DNA of 62,456 nt, filler included, from Rhabdomonas costata (lineage: Eukaryota): the NCBI GenBank assembly GCA_019059605.1. It is 39 parts of 39 records of this genome, joined end to end, with 100 filler letters (N's around TTAATTAATTAA, not from the genome) between each part and the next. Parts side by side here need not be neighbours in the genome. Positions count along the whole stretch, not along the records: positions 1 to 1,504 come from JAHMHO010014292.1; positions 1,605 to 3,109 come from JAHMHO010014293.1; positions 3,210 to 4,714 come from JAHMHO010014294.1; positions 4,815 to 6,319 come from JAHMHO010014295.1; positions 6,420 to 7,923 come from JAHMHO010014296.1; positions 8,024 to 9,527 come from JAHMHO010014297.1; positions 9,628 to 11,131 come from JAHMHO010014298.1; positions 11,232 to 12,736 come from JAHMHO010014299.1; 31 more parts are not named here. One strand, 5' to 3'. This document shows, one piece after another, positions 1 through 12,460 of this stretch. Numbering within the stretch: position 1 is the stretch's first letter; every line of letters begins with the position of its first letter. The translations under genes were made by a program, and so were the position numbers. The notes under the pieces were generated by a model. The model was not told the origin of the DNA. It did not search any database and worked only from the letters and a program-made list of their open reading frames with translations.

Positions 1-1504
1 GGCATCAGAGCAAGGAGAGAGGTCTAGCAAGGGGAAAAAGGAGAGGAAAAAGGACAAGGGAAGGATGCGGGAAAGGAGGGAAGGGAGGGAAGAAGGAAAG
101 GGGGGAAAGGGCCCCGCCCTAAAAAAAAGTAAAAACGAGTGGGTGGAAAGGACATTTCCTTCTCTCCCCACTAGACAGCGTGAAGGAAGTTAATTCTGAC
201 AATACTCAAAGAGAAGGGGGGCCAAGAAATAAGACACTGGTTGCCAAGGTAGCTCCAAAACACAACAGGTGCAGGGGAGCGGCTCCGGTGGTTGTACAAA
301 CGACGGGAAGTGGGTGAAGAAAGGGTCACAAAACGTCACAAAACGAAGCACATGCGCCATCGTCTCCCCTAAGGACAACTGCAAAGCGAAATTTAGGTGA
401 AAGGTGGTTCGGAAGCGAGGTGGCGGCGGAGAACCGGGGATCGCCGAGCAACAACCTCCGCTGGGAAAAAAGCCAGAGCTTTGGCAGCGCGGAGGGAGGG
501 GGAGGGATCTCTACACAACATACTGCACACTGCGGTTCAGTGAGAGTGATACACGTCGCAAGCGCTGGTTCTTGGGAAGGAGGAGGGGTACGTAAAGAGC
601 GCAGGAAAGAGAGGCAATTAGGAGAGTGAGAGAGATAGTGCGGGAGAGAAAAAGCAACGTACTACAAGCTACAAAGAAAAATCGAACAGCCTGTTTCTCC
701 GCGGGGTGGACTGCAGCGTTGGACTGCAGGAATTACTTCAAGGCGTTCCATCGCGCTCCATGGTGGAGACCCAAGTAGTGGAGGCTCGCTCTGTCTGAGG
801 GCTGCACAGCGAGGTCCGAAAGGATTTCCGATATGAACCGTGAGCATCAAACGCCAATAAACGGTTGGCCCCAACCTTTTCTGTCGAGCCATGGAAACCC
901 CCAGCCATATGCACAAATCTTGGAGATTATGAGTGAATGGGTTTCTTGCACGCACACTATACCTTCTAAAATTTCGAGCTGCACCTCAAAAATTGCGAAG
1001 AAAGCAGAATGCACACATGCCACCTGACAGCATGATGCGAACCCACAAAACTTCAGTCTTAACCCTAGATGTGAATAAAAAGAAAGGAGAGGAAACTATT
1101 GCACAGAAACAGAAAGTGGTTGCATGGCCGGTGACCAAAAAAGATGAGGGCTGTTATGCTGGACGGCAGACCGGCTGGATAAACTGTGTCCTAAATGGAT
1201 TCGCTGAAGTTTGTACGCAAGCGCCCCGCACATGAGGCAAATGAGTTTGCGAAGTTACTCTCGTGCTATGCTTCACCGGAAGAGTGAATGACAGAATTCT
1301 TCAGGTAAAGACCAGCACCGCGGCGCGGTTTAACCGGATAGTTGATGGGGACATTGCCTGGAGCCCCGAAAAGACGTGCCAAGCCATTTACCTGTGAATA
1401 GGGCCAATTCGAAATAATGTTGTCTCGATCGATAACAAATTCCAAAACGCTTAACACCCTTAAACGTTTAAAGCCCCCCCCCACCAAATACATTTTCCAA
1501 AACA

Positions 1505-1604
1505 NNNNNNNNNNNNNNNNNNNNNNNNNNNNNNNNNNNNNNNNNNNNTTAATTAATTAANNNNNNNNNNNNNNNNNNNNNNNNNNNNNNNNNNNNNNNN
1601 NNNN
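1505..1604. other. Artificial contig linker N44-TTAATTAATTAA-N44 (first of 38, recurring every ~1604 nt; last at 60855-60954)
   Basis: An identical 100-nt spacer with a six-frame stop core separates contigs of near-identical length (1502-1510 nt), i.e. a length-sorted concatenation. Confidence 0.99.
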
Positions 1605-1881
1605 GGGTGTGGTGAGAGGTGAGGTGGTCAACTACTTTTGCTCAATCTGATCTGAGAGAACTAACCCCCGAGCGATGCGACGGAAAGCCAGCACTGCCGA
1701 AGCAATTAGCCGAAATGTGCAGAAGGCGACAGGAAGGCCCAATGACAGAACCCTGCGGTTTCGCAACTTCAAAAAAACGAGGAAGTAACGGGCTATCTTC
1801 ATACCTTCCACCCTGCTCTGGGCCACTGCCGCTGAAACACTCTCGCTCTCCCTTTGGATGCTATCCCGGTGGGGGACACAC

Positions 1882-1970
1882 CTGGCAGCCGCTAACGAGG
1901 AAACGGGAGTCTGGTGAGAACGCGCAGCAGATCACCACCTTCTCGTGGTCGAAGATGAACAGCTGTTTCC
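1882..1970 (-). CDS. Internal exon of a WD40-repeat protein
   Basis: ccgcag|..|gtgtgt-bounded exon translating KQLFIFDHEKVVICCAFSPDSRFLVSGCQ, a typical WD40 'H..V.C.AFSPD..LVSG' motif. It is too short for the ORF track. Confidence 0.85.
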
Positions 1971-2048
1971 CTGCGGTGCAGCACACATCCCAACCCTCCA
2001 CTCCCGATCCCACATAAGATTAACGGTAAACGTGCGTGCGCATGTAGA

Positions 2049-3109
2049 TGTGTGTGTGTGTGTGTGCTTTGGGGCGCATTGCGCGCTGGCAGTTGCCTTG
2101 TTGACTGGTTGCTTGGTTGTTGGTGACCACTGTGGACTGACTGGCGCACGGTCTGTTGGTCACGGGTGCTCGCGAGAGGTGCCGTTGGAGCGAACGGTGC
2201 CGTGGGGAACCGGAACCAGCTCACCGCCGAACGTTCCACAAATGGCAACCTCCCTTCTGCCCCACGGGTCCCGGGCCATTGTCGCGCAGCAAGCTGCTCT
2301 TTTCCAGCGGCTACCTGCATTGCTCCATTGCGGCTCAGGTATCTGCGACTCCACACTCCTTCCTTGGGGGCCTGGGGCCTTTTCTCGCGGGAACAACCCT
2401 TGGAGCTTTCCTTTCGATGGGTAAACGGGCAGCACCGGTATCTACAGGCGCTGCCGTGCCAGCACCTCGCTCTATAGTTGGGTTGCGGGCTATTCCTGTC
2501 CTCTTCCGCTGAGCCTCCCGTACCTCGGGGTTGCCTCACTGACTCTTTGCCCTGGTGCGTCTGCGAGCACTTTCGCTTCCCGTTGGCCCTAGTATACGGG
2601 CTCAGATTTCTTGAGATGCACGATGGTCCGCTTATACCTGTGCGCACTGGGTCGGTCTCTACCCGGGTTCGTTCTAGGTGCTCCTCCCTAGGGTGCACAA
2701 AGAGACACCTTTGGAACTTGCATGCCGTCCCATGCAAGCATCGCACTCCTGGTCGTCTTCCATCTTCTTTCAGCTGCGGCTTTCATGTCTCGCCCCTGGG
2801 AGTCCGGGGGTCCCCTTCCTGCCGTCGGCCTCTCCTTCTCCTGCTCTGCGTCTCTGTTCTCCCTGGATGCTCCATGCTTGATCCCCGCCGACATCTTTCC
2901 CCGTCCTATCTGTGCTCTCGGCTCCTGGCCCTCTCTCTCACGTTCCCTGCCTCTCTCCGTCGCTCCCGTTGCTGTTGCACTCTCTCTGGCGGTGCTTCCT
3001 TCGAATGACGACTTTGGTTTTTGGCGGGTGCTGTCCCGCTGTTTTCTGCTTTTCGCCGATCCTCCTTCACCCGCGGAGGACCTGGGGTTGGAGGATCGGC
3101 AAAAAACAA
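2049..3109 (-). mobile_element. Long copy of dispersed repeat family A: degenerate CCCH zinc-finger ORF followed by a (CA)n tract, upstream of the WD40 exon acceptor (intronic)
   Basis: 2072-2340 aligns by eye with 26465-26760. The minus frame has CLHGTACKFQRCLFVH and CWHGSACRYRCCPFTH (C-x5-C-x4-C-x3-H), with in-frame TAG and TGA upstream. (TG)n at 2049-2066. Confidence 0.55.
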
Positions 3110-3269
3110 NNNNNNNNNNNNNNNNNNNNNNNNNNNNNNNNNNNNNNNNNNNNTTAATTAATTAANNNNNNNNNNNNNNNNNNNNNNNNNNNNNNNNNNN
3201 NNNNNNNNNGTTTTGTTTGGTACCGCTTTTCCCCCGCGGACCTTTTGGTATAAGGTCAAGTAAGTGGTA

Positions 3270-3510
3270 TAGGGTCAAGTGACCAAAAGGTCCGCGGGGG
3301 AAAAGCGGTACCAAAGGAAACCAAACGCAGGAAGAAGATCACGAAAAGACAAGGGGTGTTGCGCAGGGAAACGACAGTAGCAATAGTAAAGGGGAATATG
3401 GCCAGAAAGGTCATTTGACTAAAATGGAATTTAGTTAGGGGGAAATGTGGGTGAAAGCATATGTTGTGGGAGTACGTGTTTCCGGGCAAGGAGTGATCCT
3501 TGGTCGTGGA
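3270..3510 (+). repeat. Dispersed repeat family B, copy 1 (possible non-autonomous DNA-transposon end)
   Basis: Reverse-complement match to 5993-6235. Both copies begin sharply at TAGGGTCAAGTGACCAAAA and have different flanks. Confidence 0.8.
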
Positions 3511-5992
3511 GAAGAATCGGTTTCTGACATCAGGAGGACCGTTACAAAGTATCGCCCGCCACCACTACCTTTCGATCCGAAAAGTCCGTTCCGCCACAAG
3601 AGGATCAATTGGCCGCCCAAAATGCCAAATGCGACCGCCCAATCAGTCGACCAGAGATTGCAAAGTGTCATACTATCTTTGCGTTTTTTCACTTTCGGGA
3701 AATGTTTTGCAAATTGATCAAGTTTAATTTTGAATGGACTGATTGTACAATGGCGTGATCATTTGGTTGCATTTGCTGGTTGCATGGTTGGAAGCTGTCC
3801 ATAGTGTTGGTTTGGATGCCCTGCATTGAACAGATACTGATCTATAAAGAGCTCAGCGAATCTATTACCATCAAATATGCCATATTGACACTTGGGGTCG
3901 GAGTTACGGCCGCTTTTGTGCATTGAAATGCTACCAGTGGGTTGTCAAAAAAGGGATTGAATTATAGGTACACAGACAACTATCCATATGGACAGTTTGA
4001 ACTCTGTTTAGCGGATTTAATAGTGTGTGTTTGTGGAAATGTACAAAACCACTCTCAGACTCTCCAAACTTAGCTGCCTAACCATCCACCATCAACCTGA
4101 TTTTAATAACGCCATAAAACATGTGCAAAGGGCACTTCAGGAAAATTCGCAGCAAGCACCCTACATGAGTCAAATGTATGCATGTATAACACACAAGTCC
4201 AATGCACGCACGAAGACTTGGCAATTTTGGAGTAAAGCATCCTGTGCGTGATGGAGTGTTGTATAAACATTCTGCGCCATCATATTGCACCCGTGCACAC
4301 GCAAATCAATTGCATTAACACTTCATCGCTGAGGTGGCGATCTGGAGGACTATTACACGCATGTTGTCATATTCTACAAATTCTCCTCCATCAAATCCAC
4401 CAAGTAATTCATCTGATATGACCACATCACCACAAACGCTTCCGCTGACGTTTTGAACCATCTACAAATGCCGTATTTGTAACATTTACATTTAAATACT
4501 GTTTCTATTGACATGTACTTTGTGCTTTTAAATTTGTTCATTTTGCGCTTAGTTTCCACTGAAAATCTCTACTTTTACTTATTGTAAATTATTTGTTTCG
4601 TGTACTGAACTTTTCACTAACTCTTGTGCATGTACCTCAGTGACATGAATTTTGTATTTTTGTGTGGTAGTATAATGTACAAAAGTGTTTAAATGGGAAG
4701 CCTAATCCACAACANNNNNNNNNNNNNNNNNNNNNNNNNNNNNNNNNNNNNNNNNNNNTTAATTAATTAANNNNNNNNNNNNNNNNNNNNNNNNNNNNNN
4801 NNNNNNNNNNNNNNGTGTTGGGTTTGTCCAGATACTACAACGCTTTTATTTCCTCCTCAGTTTTCTTTAGCGTCCTTCTTTACTTTTTCACAACCTGTCC
4901 CCACGTTACATAGCACATGAGCGATGTTATCTTTGTGCATTTATTACTGAACACACACTTCATTCGGATTTGTATTGGAGATACATTGAGATATGCTTTT
5001 TTGTCTGATGAATACCGATGATCAGCTTGTCTTCATACGCTCCTTCATACAATTTGTTTCCTTTAATTTTCATGAAATAAAGAAATCATATCTGTTAGAG
5101 AACATTCATTTCTCCGCAGTGCGCGCGGAACTTGGCGTTCTGGACAAAAGTCCGGGTTTTCAGCGCGTGCTGTCGAAGGCACTGTTGTCACAGTTCAATG
5201 GTAGCTGTCAAGTGGTTGTGGTCCAGATGGTGTCCTTGATGATGTTTGTTGTCTTATTGGCGCCAATCGATGTTTCATTTGATGCTAACAGCATTTTTTT
5301 GATGTATCTTCTGGCCACATACATTCCAATTTGCTTTAGTTGTGGTTGCCGGATAATGCCATGACATTTTATTTGCGTGCGCTTTGACAAGCTCCTCACA
5401 GACTCTCGTAGTGCAGTAATCATTTATGATTGTCACGGGTTCGATGGCATCTGATGGATTTTTCCGTCACTAGTTTTTCTGTGCTAATCTCCTAGGATCA
5501 CGTTTTTGTTTCCAGTGCCACCTTGTTTGCTTAAGTCTAATTATTTTTACGTCAAACAACTACAGCTATCGCTACAAGCGCCTTGTTTTGCTGTAATCTT
5601 TCTTGTGTGTGGAGAGGCTCCATTTACGAGCCATCATCGATTTTGTGTCAACTTGGTGACGCAATACCGGAATCAACTCCAGTGCCGCAAAGATTCGACC
5701 ACCTTGTTTAACTCGCGCCCACTTCGGAAAGGTCGCTTTTCACACAAAACAAAAGGCATTAAAGTTGCAGGTTTTCGGAGTTTTCAGCAGGTAGCTGCTA
5801 CAAACGTGCTGAACAAGCGCGTTGGGATAATTACTTCCCACTTCTAGAACAATCATGAATTGTTTTTGCAAATGCTCCGTGTTTTTGTTTACGCAGTTAG
5901 ATTGAAACCAGCAGAGGCTTATTGCTCTTTGTTGTCATGCGTGGTTCGAGATTCACTTGGACACACTTCTCACTCATTGGTACCATTTGACG

Positions 5993-6235
5993 TCCACCAG
6001 GCCAATGATCACTCATTGCCATGAAACACATACTCCCACAACACACACGTTCACACACGTTTTCCCCCTAACAAAATTCCCTTTTGGCCAAATGACCTTT
6101 CTGGTCATTCCCATTGACCATTGCTACTGTCTTTTCCATGCCCAATACCCGTTGTCTTTTTCGTGCTTTTCTTCCTGCATTTGGTTTCCTTTAGTACCGC
6201 TTTTCCCACGCGGACATTTTGGTCACTTGACCCTA
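5993..6235 (-). repeat. Dispersed repeat family B, copy 2
   Basis: Diverged ~240-nt inverted match to 3270-3510 (e.g. ggaaaagcggtac[c/t]aaaggaaaccaaa; ccagaaaggtcattt). Confidence 0.8.
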
Positions 6236-6752
6236 CCGGCTTGTTTTGAAATTTACTACGGCATTAGACCAAAACTAAAGGAATCTAATTGGAAACCACC
6301 TTTTGCTAGACCAAAAACANNNNNNNNNNNNNNNNNNNNNNNNNNNNNNNNNNNNNNNNNNNNTTAATTAATTAANNNNNNNNNNNNNNNNNNNNNNNNN
6401 NNNNNNNNNNNNNNNNNNNTTTGTGTGTGTGAATGTCACTATTTGCACCACTCTGTGGGGCTATTAGGGCTCACGGGTAGGTGTCTTGCGAGTGCGCACG
6501 AGTTCCGTGCGCTCATAACCCAGGTCAGGAAACTGTGGCATTGGACCCCGAGAGGCGTCCGACACGAGGGATGCGCGACGATCTTTGCCTTGCCAACGAA
6601 CCTGCTGGCGACAGAGGGGTGGTCAGGTTCATAGCAGAAAGCAGTCAACGCAGCCCAGCTGGAGTTTCCATCTTTTCATTCACACCGAATTCCGTCTATC
6701 TTTTTTCTCCCTGTCCCAAGTCAAAAACACCCACCTACCCACACATGCACAC

Positions 6753-7814
6753 CGCAGAGTCTGCTGGGTTGGAGGGCAGCAGCGTGGCCATCTGGCACAC
6801 CGTGGCAAACAGGTAGAGTTGCACCACGAAGGACACAAGCTGGATGTAGCTGAGTCCCAAAAGCAACCGTGCCCTCCAACCCACAAAACCTCTCGGAGAT
6901 TCCAATGACTTTGTGTCACAATCGCCACAATCGTGCACCTCTGCTAGAAACATTGCAGGATTGGTTCGGCCAAGACGCAGCAGCAGCAAGATCATTCGTG
7001 ATGAGGGAGCGAGGACCCAAAATGCTGCAGCCGCGCACGTCAAAAAAGAACAACCGAATTGAAGATTGAATCTTGCACTGCAAGGAAAATGGACAAGCCA
7101 TCACCAGCGTATCATCATGCATCCTCGCCAGAAAGAAGCACCTGTATGGCAGCTGCAGCTGCACAAAGACCATCGTGGAGTCCATCGCGGAGAACATCCT
7201 GGCGAGGTTCTTGTGGAAGTGAGCCATCATCTCTTCTGGCAACATCTTTACCTCCAGACAACCATGGAGCAGGCGAAGCATCCAGTGGTGCACCTGAAAA
7301 AAAAAGGGCATGTATCTATAGCAGTGAACCAAAACACATCCAGCAGGTGCAAACAACAAACCCTCAAAGCCTCTCAAAATCAAACAAAGGAAAGGAAATG
7401 CACGAGTGACGATCGGGTTAGCATGATTACACTCAAGAAGGTCTGACTCTCAAAATCTCGGACAGCGGTACTCACACGCGGGCACGCAAGCAAATATTTC
7501 TGAACTGAAATAAAAGAAATGCGACATGACAAGAAATCAACGAAAAAGAGAATGAGGACAACTCCCCATCCCAATCCTGCAGCAGAATTTGTCGTCCAAG
7601 CAAGCTGTATCCAAGCGATGAGTTGCGCCCAATGTAACATTTACCAAACTATACAAATGATGAAGCCCACATGCCTGCTTAAAGAAAGAACAGGGGAGAG
7701 GCTAACAACCATGAGGTACTTCGACCGCTTGACAGGCTCCAGCACGGCCTTCTCTTCCGGGGAAAGCAGCTCCTCGGCCGTCAGGAGATCCAGGTCCACC
7801 GCTTCGCCAGCCTC
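6753..7814 (-). CDS. Bestrophin-family (RFP-TM) chloride channel, 3 internal exons (7814-7710, 7293-7142, 6849-6753)
   Basis: GT-AG splicing keeps the frame: LLSPEEKAVLEPVKRSKYLM|VHHWMLRLL...MDSTMVFVQLQLPY-S|YIQLVSFVVQLYLF. This matches the bestrophin pattern 'EE..LE....KY...W...PL.YTQ.V...VY.Y'. Confidence 0.75.
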
Positions 7815-8483
7815 CTGCAGGTGTACACGCCACCCCTCGAGAGAGACAGCGAGAGAGGAAGTGAGAAAGAGAAGGAGAAAGGAGGCAACCCCCCCCCTCC
7901 CATTCACACACACACCTCAAGGCNNNNNNNNNNNNNNNNNNNNNNNNNNNNNNNNNNNNNNNNNNNNTTAATTAATTAANNNNNNNNNNNNNNNNNNNNN
8001 NNNNNNNNNNNNNNNNNNNNNNNTGTTTGGGGGTGGTTGTGATTCCAGCCTTTCACGTTCCCTCCAGCAAAGGCATCAAACCGCAAAGAGAAACGTCCTC
8101 AGTGAAACAATTTTATAGCGCTTTGCTGCTCCGTAAGTTGCTTCACCACACCACCATATCTCTCACAACCAAAGCAGAGATAACTACTCGCAATTCAACA
8201 CTAAGCAACACTCACTCGCGCGCACAGACCAGCTCTAATAAGGTGTGAAGGTGGGAGTGCAGGCTGCCCAATATGAAACAATCTTTACATCAACAGGTTT
8301 TTTTGGGGGGGGGGGAGGCTTTCACATTGCTTCCCCAATTCAACCCTCGCAAAAAATACTCCACCAGCAAATGCGACCTCTTGTCCAATTTCTCACCTAC
8401 AAAAGTGTCCGTAAAAATGAGAGCGGCAGCATGCCAGCTTGCATGACAAAAAGAAGGAATGTAAGAAGCGGAAGGGTGGTTAC

Positions 8484-9318
8484 CACATCAGCGGGTACAG
8501 CCAGCGTCCCTTAAGTTTTTCGCCCAAGTCTCCGGCCAAGTGGAAGATCCCAGGGGTGGTCGAGCCCGAGGGCCCGCAGTGGCTCAGAAAAAGGTCCTGG
8601 CGGCCTGAGGGGAAGCAAAGCTCTTTCCTGAAGAGCAGCACCAAAGGAAAATAATCAGAGAGACTGCAGGAACTACGTGAGAAGGGAAGTAAGAAGCGAG
8701 AGTCATTCGGAAGCTTGAAAGAGGGCACACGGAATGGCCCCACAAAGGCACATAAACGCGATGTCTGCAATCCCTTGGAGCGTGTGTGAAAGAATATGAA
8801 GCATTGGCCGATAAGGGCTGCCAAAAGGTGGGGGCTGCATATCTCGGCCTCCACCTAAGTAAAAACCCATGACCCAATTATTAAAGAAGGTGGCTGACGC
8901 ATCCGATAAAAAAGAAATGATGTCGGCTTTTATTTATCATCTGATTGTCTCGGTCCTCCTTTTGGGCTATCGCGTTCTTTCCTCGAAGAAAAAAGCTGCG
9001 CCAAACGTGTCAGAGCGCCCCCCCCCCGCGAACCCACTTCCATCTGAGGCACGGCAAACCGGGAGGTTCGGAACATGGTGAGCACCAGCCGGGTCGTAGT
9101 GTCCAGCTCCACCTGCCCTGCTTGGCGGTGGCGCAAGTAGGTCAGCGCAAACGAGAACTGGTCATTACCATCGTGCACCGACGAGGGGACCTCCATGGCT
9201 TCCCGCAGAAACCGCGCAAGGTACCCGGCGCGGCCGATGTACACGCCTGAGTTGAGGTAGACGTAGGCGGAGCGACCCCGGGAGGGGTGCCGGAAGGCCT
9301 TGCACGACACCCGAGAGC
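8484..9318 (-). CDS. PLOD (lysyl-hydroxylase) glycosyltransferase-like domain protein, 2 exons (9318-9038, 8596-8484)
   Basis: YLNSGVYIGRA...NDQFSFALTYL...VELDTTTRL...TTPGIFHLAG resembles the GT_LH motifs YLNSG.FIG, DDQ, LD and P.v.H.NG. AG/GT boundaries are in frame. Confidence 0.7.
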
Positions 9319-11231
9319 CTGAACACCCATCCCCATCTTAGGTACGCGCCTGCCTTGGGGTCTGCGCTGCCAAGAGTGTGGGAATCACACACAGCTGTTG
9401 AAATCACGCTGCATCAGCCTTACCATTGTCAACAGCGAGCCCCGACAACAGTGCCCGAAAACTTCGCCCTTTTCAGTACCCATGACAGAACGTGCACGAA
9501 CAGACGGGCTTCTTCATCCCACACAAANNNNNNNNNNNNNNNNNNNNNNNNNNNNNNNNNNNNNNNNNNNNTTAATTAATTAANNNNNNNNNNNNNNNNN
9601 NNNNNNNNNNNNNNNNNNNNNNNNNNNGGGTGGTGGGCATATTTAAGTCGGGAAGGTAAGCACAAAGCAACCACGAGGACCCGAGCCGAGGAAACAACAG
9701 GCAGCAGAGTCAACGGGAAACAGGGCACGCGCGGAGTGTCCGAGTGAGGTCCCCGCACGTCCCCCATAGTACGTGGTGTGTGTGTGTGAACGTGTGTGTG
9801 TGAGCGTGTGTTTTACTCGGGGAAGAGACTCCATAATGTCGTCCGCCCCGGAGGCCGGAAAAATTAAAAAAATGAATCACCCACCTCCACCCCTACCCAA
9901 CCCCAGCTTCCCGAAGGACAGCAAGCAGGGAAATAGTGCCCGGCCCCCCACGCACACGGCCGTGGCTGGAGCCAAGCACAGAGAAAGAAGGAAAGTAAGA
10001 AAGACAGACAGAAAGGGAGAGGGAGACAGAGAGAGCAAGGACGGTTCTGCATCCCCGAGTGCTTTCTTCTTTCGGGAAACCTCACGCCTTGGCTCGGGCG
10101 TAGATCTCCACGGAGTTGCTAGAGACGACAATCCCAGCGGCGGTGTTGTCGTCCCCACAATACTGCGACGACGAGAAGACCGTCAGCACTCGTCCTGCCT
10201 TTTGCACCTGAGTGTGTGAACCCCAAAAGGAGAGATACAAAAGGGAAAGGGGGGTCTGCTGAATGATCCCTGCCGGACGGCAGCGCCATTACTGCCTACC
10301 GCAAGATTACGTCATTCAACTCAAAAAAGAGTGTTGGTAACAAATAATCAACGACCAAATGGCTGAATTTTGTAATGTTTCTCAGTTAAGAGGTGAAATG
10401 GGCAGTATCTGGAACAGGGCCGTGCACGAACGACCGGGGAGGGGCGACGTGAACGGATGATGAGGGCAGGCAATAGGTGCTGACCTGAAACCCCGAAGCC
10501 TTTGGCTCGTGCGCGCGCAGCAGCAGCTCAAACTTGAATGTGGAGAAGAAATTCCCAATCGCCCGGCAGCCATAGCAGAATGTTCCCGGACCTGCATCGG
10601 AAAAGGAACGCTGACCGTAAATCAAGCGGGAACAGAAGCTACTCACAGGATACAGTGGATGAGGGTTTGCATTTTCGAAGCGCAGGCTGTTCCGAAAGAT
10701 TCTAGAGTTTTCAAAAAAACATAGCCAGCTATCACCGAAGTGTCTCGACTGGGTGTCAAACGCGTCAGTGTTTAAGTATTGCGAACAGTAATAAATACTG
10801 CAGGGCCCGTCACTGACCACCCCAGAATTTCAAGGCCTTCAGACAACCGTTTATTCTTCCCCGGCTCCCTTAACCCTTTTCCCATACACGTACACGTTAA
10901 GCATAGAGGTTTTCACATGCTGTATTCCCATCTATAGCCATCTGCTCTGTGGCAACAACCAACATCTTCCTCGGACTCGTGAGTACCACATGAGTAATGC
11001 TTCCGCTTCCAACCAAAAGCAGAAGTTTTCAAAGCTTGCAGTGATTCATCATGATTAATCACTTTTGCGGCCATATAGCGGGGGTATCGCCACACAAACC
11101 GCGCTTCGAAGAGTTGTCCCCAAACCCCCACNNNNNNNNNNNNNNNNNNNNNNNNNNNNNNNNNNNNNNNNNNNNTTAATTAATTAANNNNNNNNNNNNN
11201 NNNNNNNNNNNNNNNNNNNNNNNNNNNNNNN

Positions 11232-12460
11232 GGGGGTGTGGCCAACCTGGTCAACGGCTTCTCGAAGGTGCTGTGCTTTGCAAGGAGACGTGACCGATTT
11301 CGTCATTTCGGTTTCATCGTTGCCATTCCAAACACTTCTCATCCCCCCCCCCCCTTTTTTCCCGATCCAGCTGTGTGTGGGCGGGCAGAAACATTCCTGT
11401 GGCAGAAGGTCATGGAAATTTTTCGGGAGTGGTCAATTGCTCCAAAAAAATGAATGAGGTGACTGAAAACTGGGGGGAATTTAAACTGAGAAGGGTACCG
11501 GGGTGAAATCGTGAGGTGTACCTTTCCTGAGGGTTCGTGAATGAAGCGCCCAAAAATAACTGCTGGCTAAGAACTGATTCGTTAAGGGGCTTTTTTATCG
11601 GCATACGAGCACCCTTTGTCACTGCTTCCCCCAACCCTCTTCGTCCCTTCGCTTCTTCCCATCAGATCAAGTATCTGCTGCCGAAGCGCAACCTCTGGGA
11701 GAACATGGCCCGGGCGGCTATCCTCTGTTCGGCAGACCTGCGGCCGCCCGGGCTGGCGAACTGCGTGAACGGGTTCTCCCGAGTAGAGCTTCTTTTGCGT
11801 GACCGCCTACTTTGGGAGGCCCTTGCGGATGTCACCGTGGTGTTGCAGCCCCAACTACTTCCTCGGGACGTCGCCGTGATAGTGCACGGATTAGCGAAGG
11901 TGCAAGTTCGGAACCTCATGGGGTACCGGGAGGTCTGGGAGACCCTTGCTGGCTCTGCGGTGGCCCACTGTGCACGGATGACGCCGAAAGATCTGGCGAA
12001 CTGTGTCAACGGGTTCTCTAAAGTGGACTACCTTCTGGGCACAGAGGAGCTGTGGAAGCCTCTAGCCAGCACGGCGGTTGCGTTGCGGGCAAAGATGAAC
12101 CTCCAGGATGTGTCGAACTGTGTGAAGGGGTTCTCTGAGGTGGAGGTGCTGCGGAGTGATCCTGCTCTGTGGGCAAGCTTGGGCAAGCCCCCGGTTGCGC
12201 TGGGGAAGCTGGGCCGGACTAGGACGGAGGATTTTGCTGAGGAGGGCACTAAAAGAAGCGCTGCGGACGGCGATGATGACGAGGACCCTTCGGGGGAGCA
12301 CATAGAGGACTCTCCCCGGCGCCGCAGTGGGCGGCGGTCTAGTGGCAGGCCTGCACCATCACCCGCACCCAAGGAAGTGGGAAACGCGGGTACCATGGAT
12401 AAGGGAAGTGTTCCGTCAAAAACTTGGTTTCGGTGGTCGCCCACTTTTTTTTTTGCTTGA
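11232..12460 (+). CDS. OPR/HPR-like helical-repeat protein with ~39-aa repeats (exons <11232-11267 and 11666-12460)
   Basis: Five repeats of '[L/V]ANxVNGFSK...LWxxLA' spaced 39, 39, 41 and 39 aa. The phase-0 GT-AG intron 11268-11665 joins ANLVNGFSK to IKYLL and preserves the periodicity. Confidence 0.8.

Noticed and set aside
2478..3165. Many long overlapping ORFs in the ORF track (e.g. 2478-3008, 22881-23462, 39059-39859, 48682-49503)
   Set aside because: These are antisense or shadow frames of GC-rich exons, or introns read from alternative starts, with no domain motifs.
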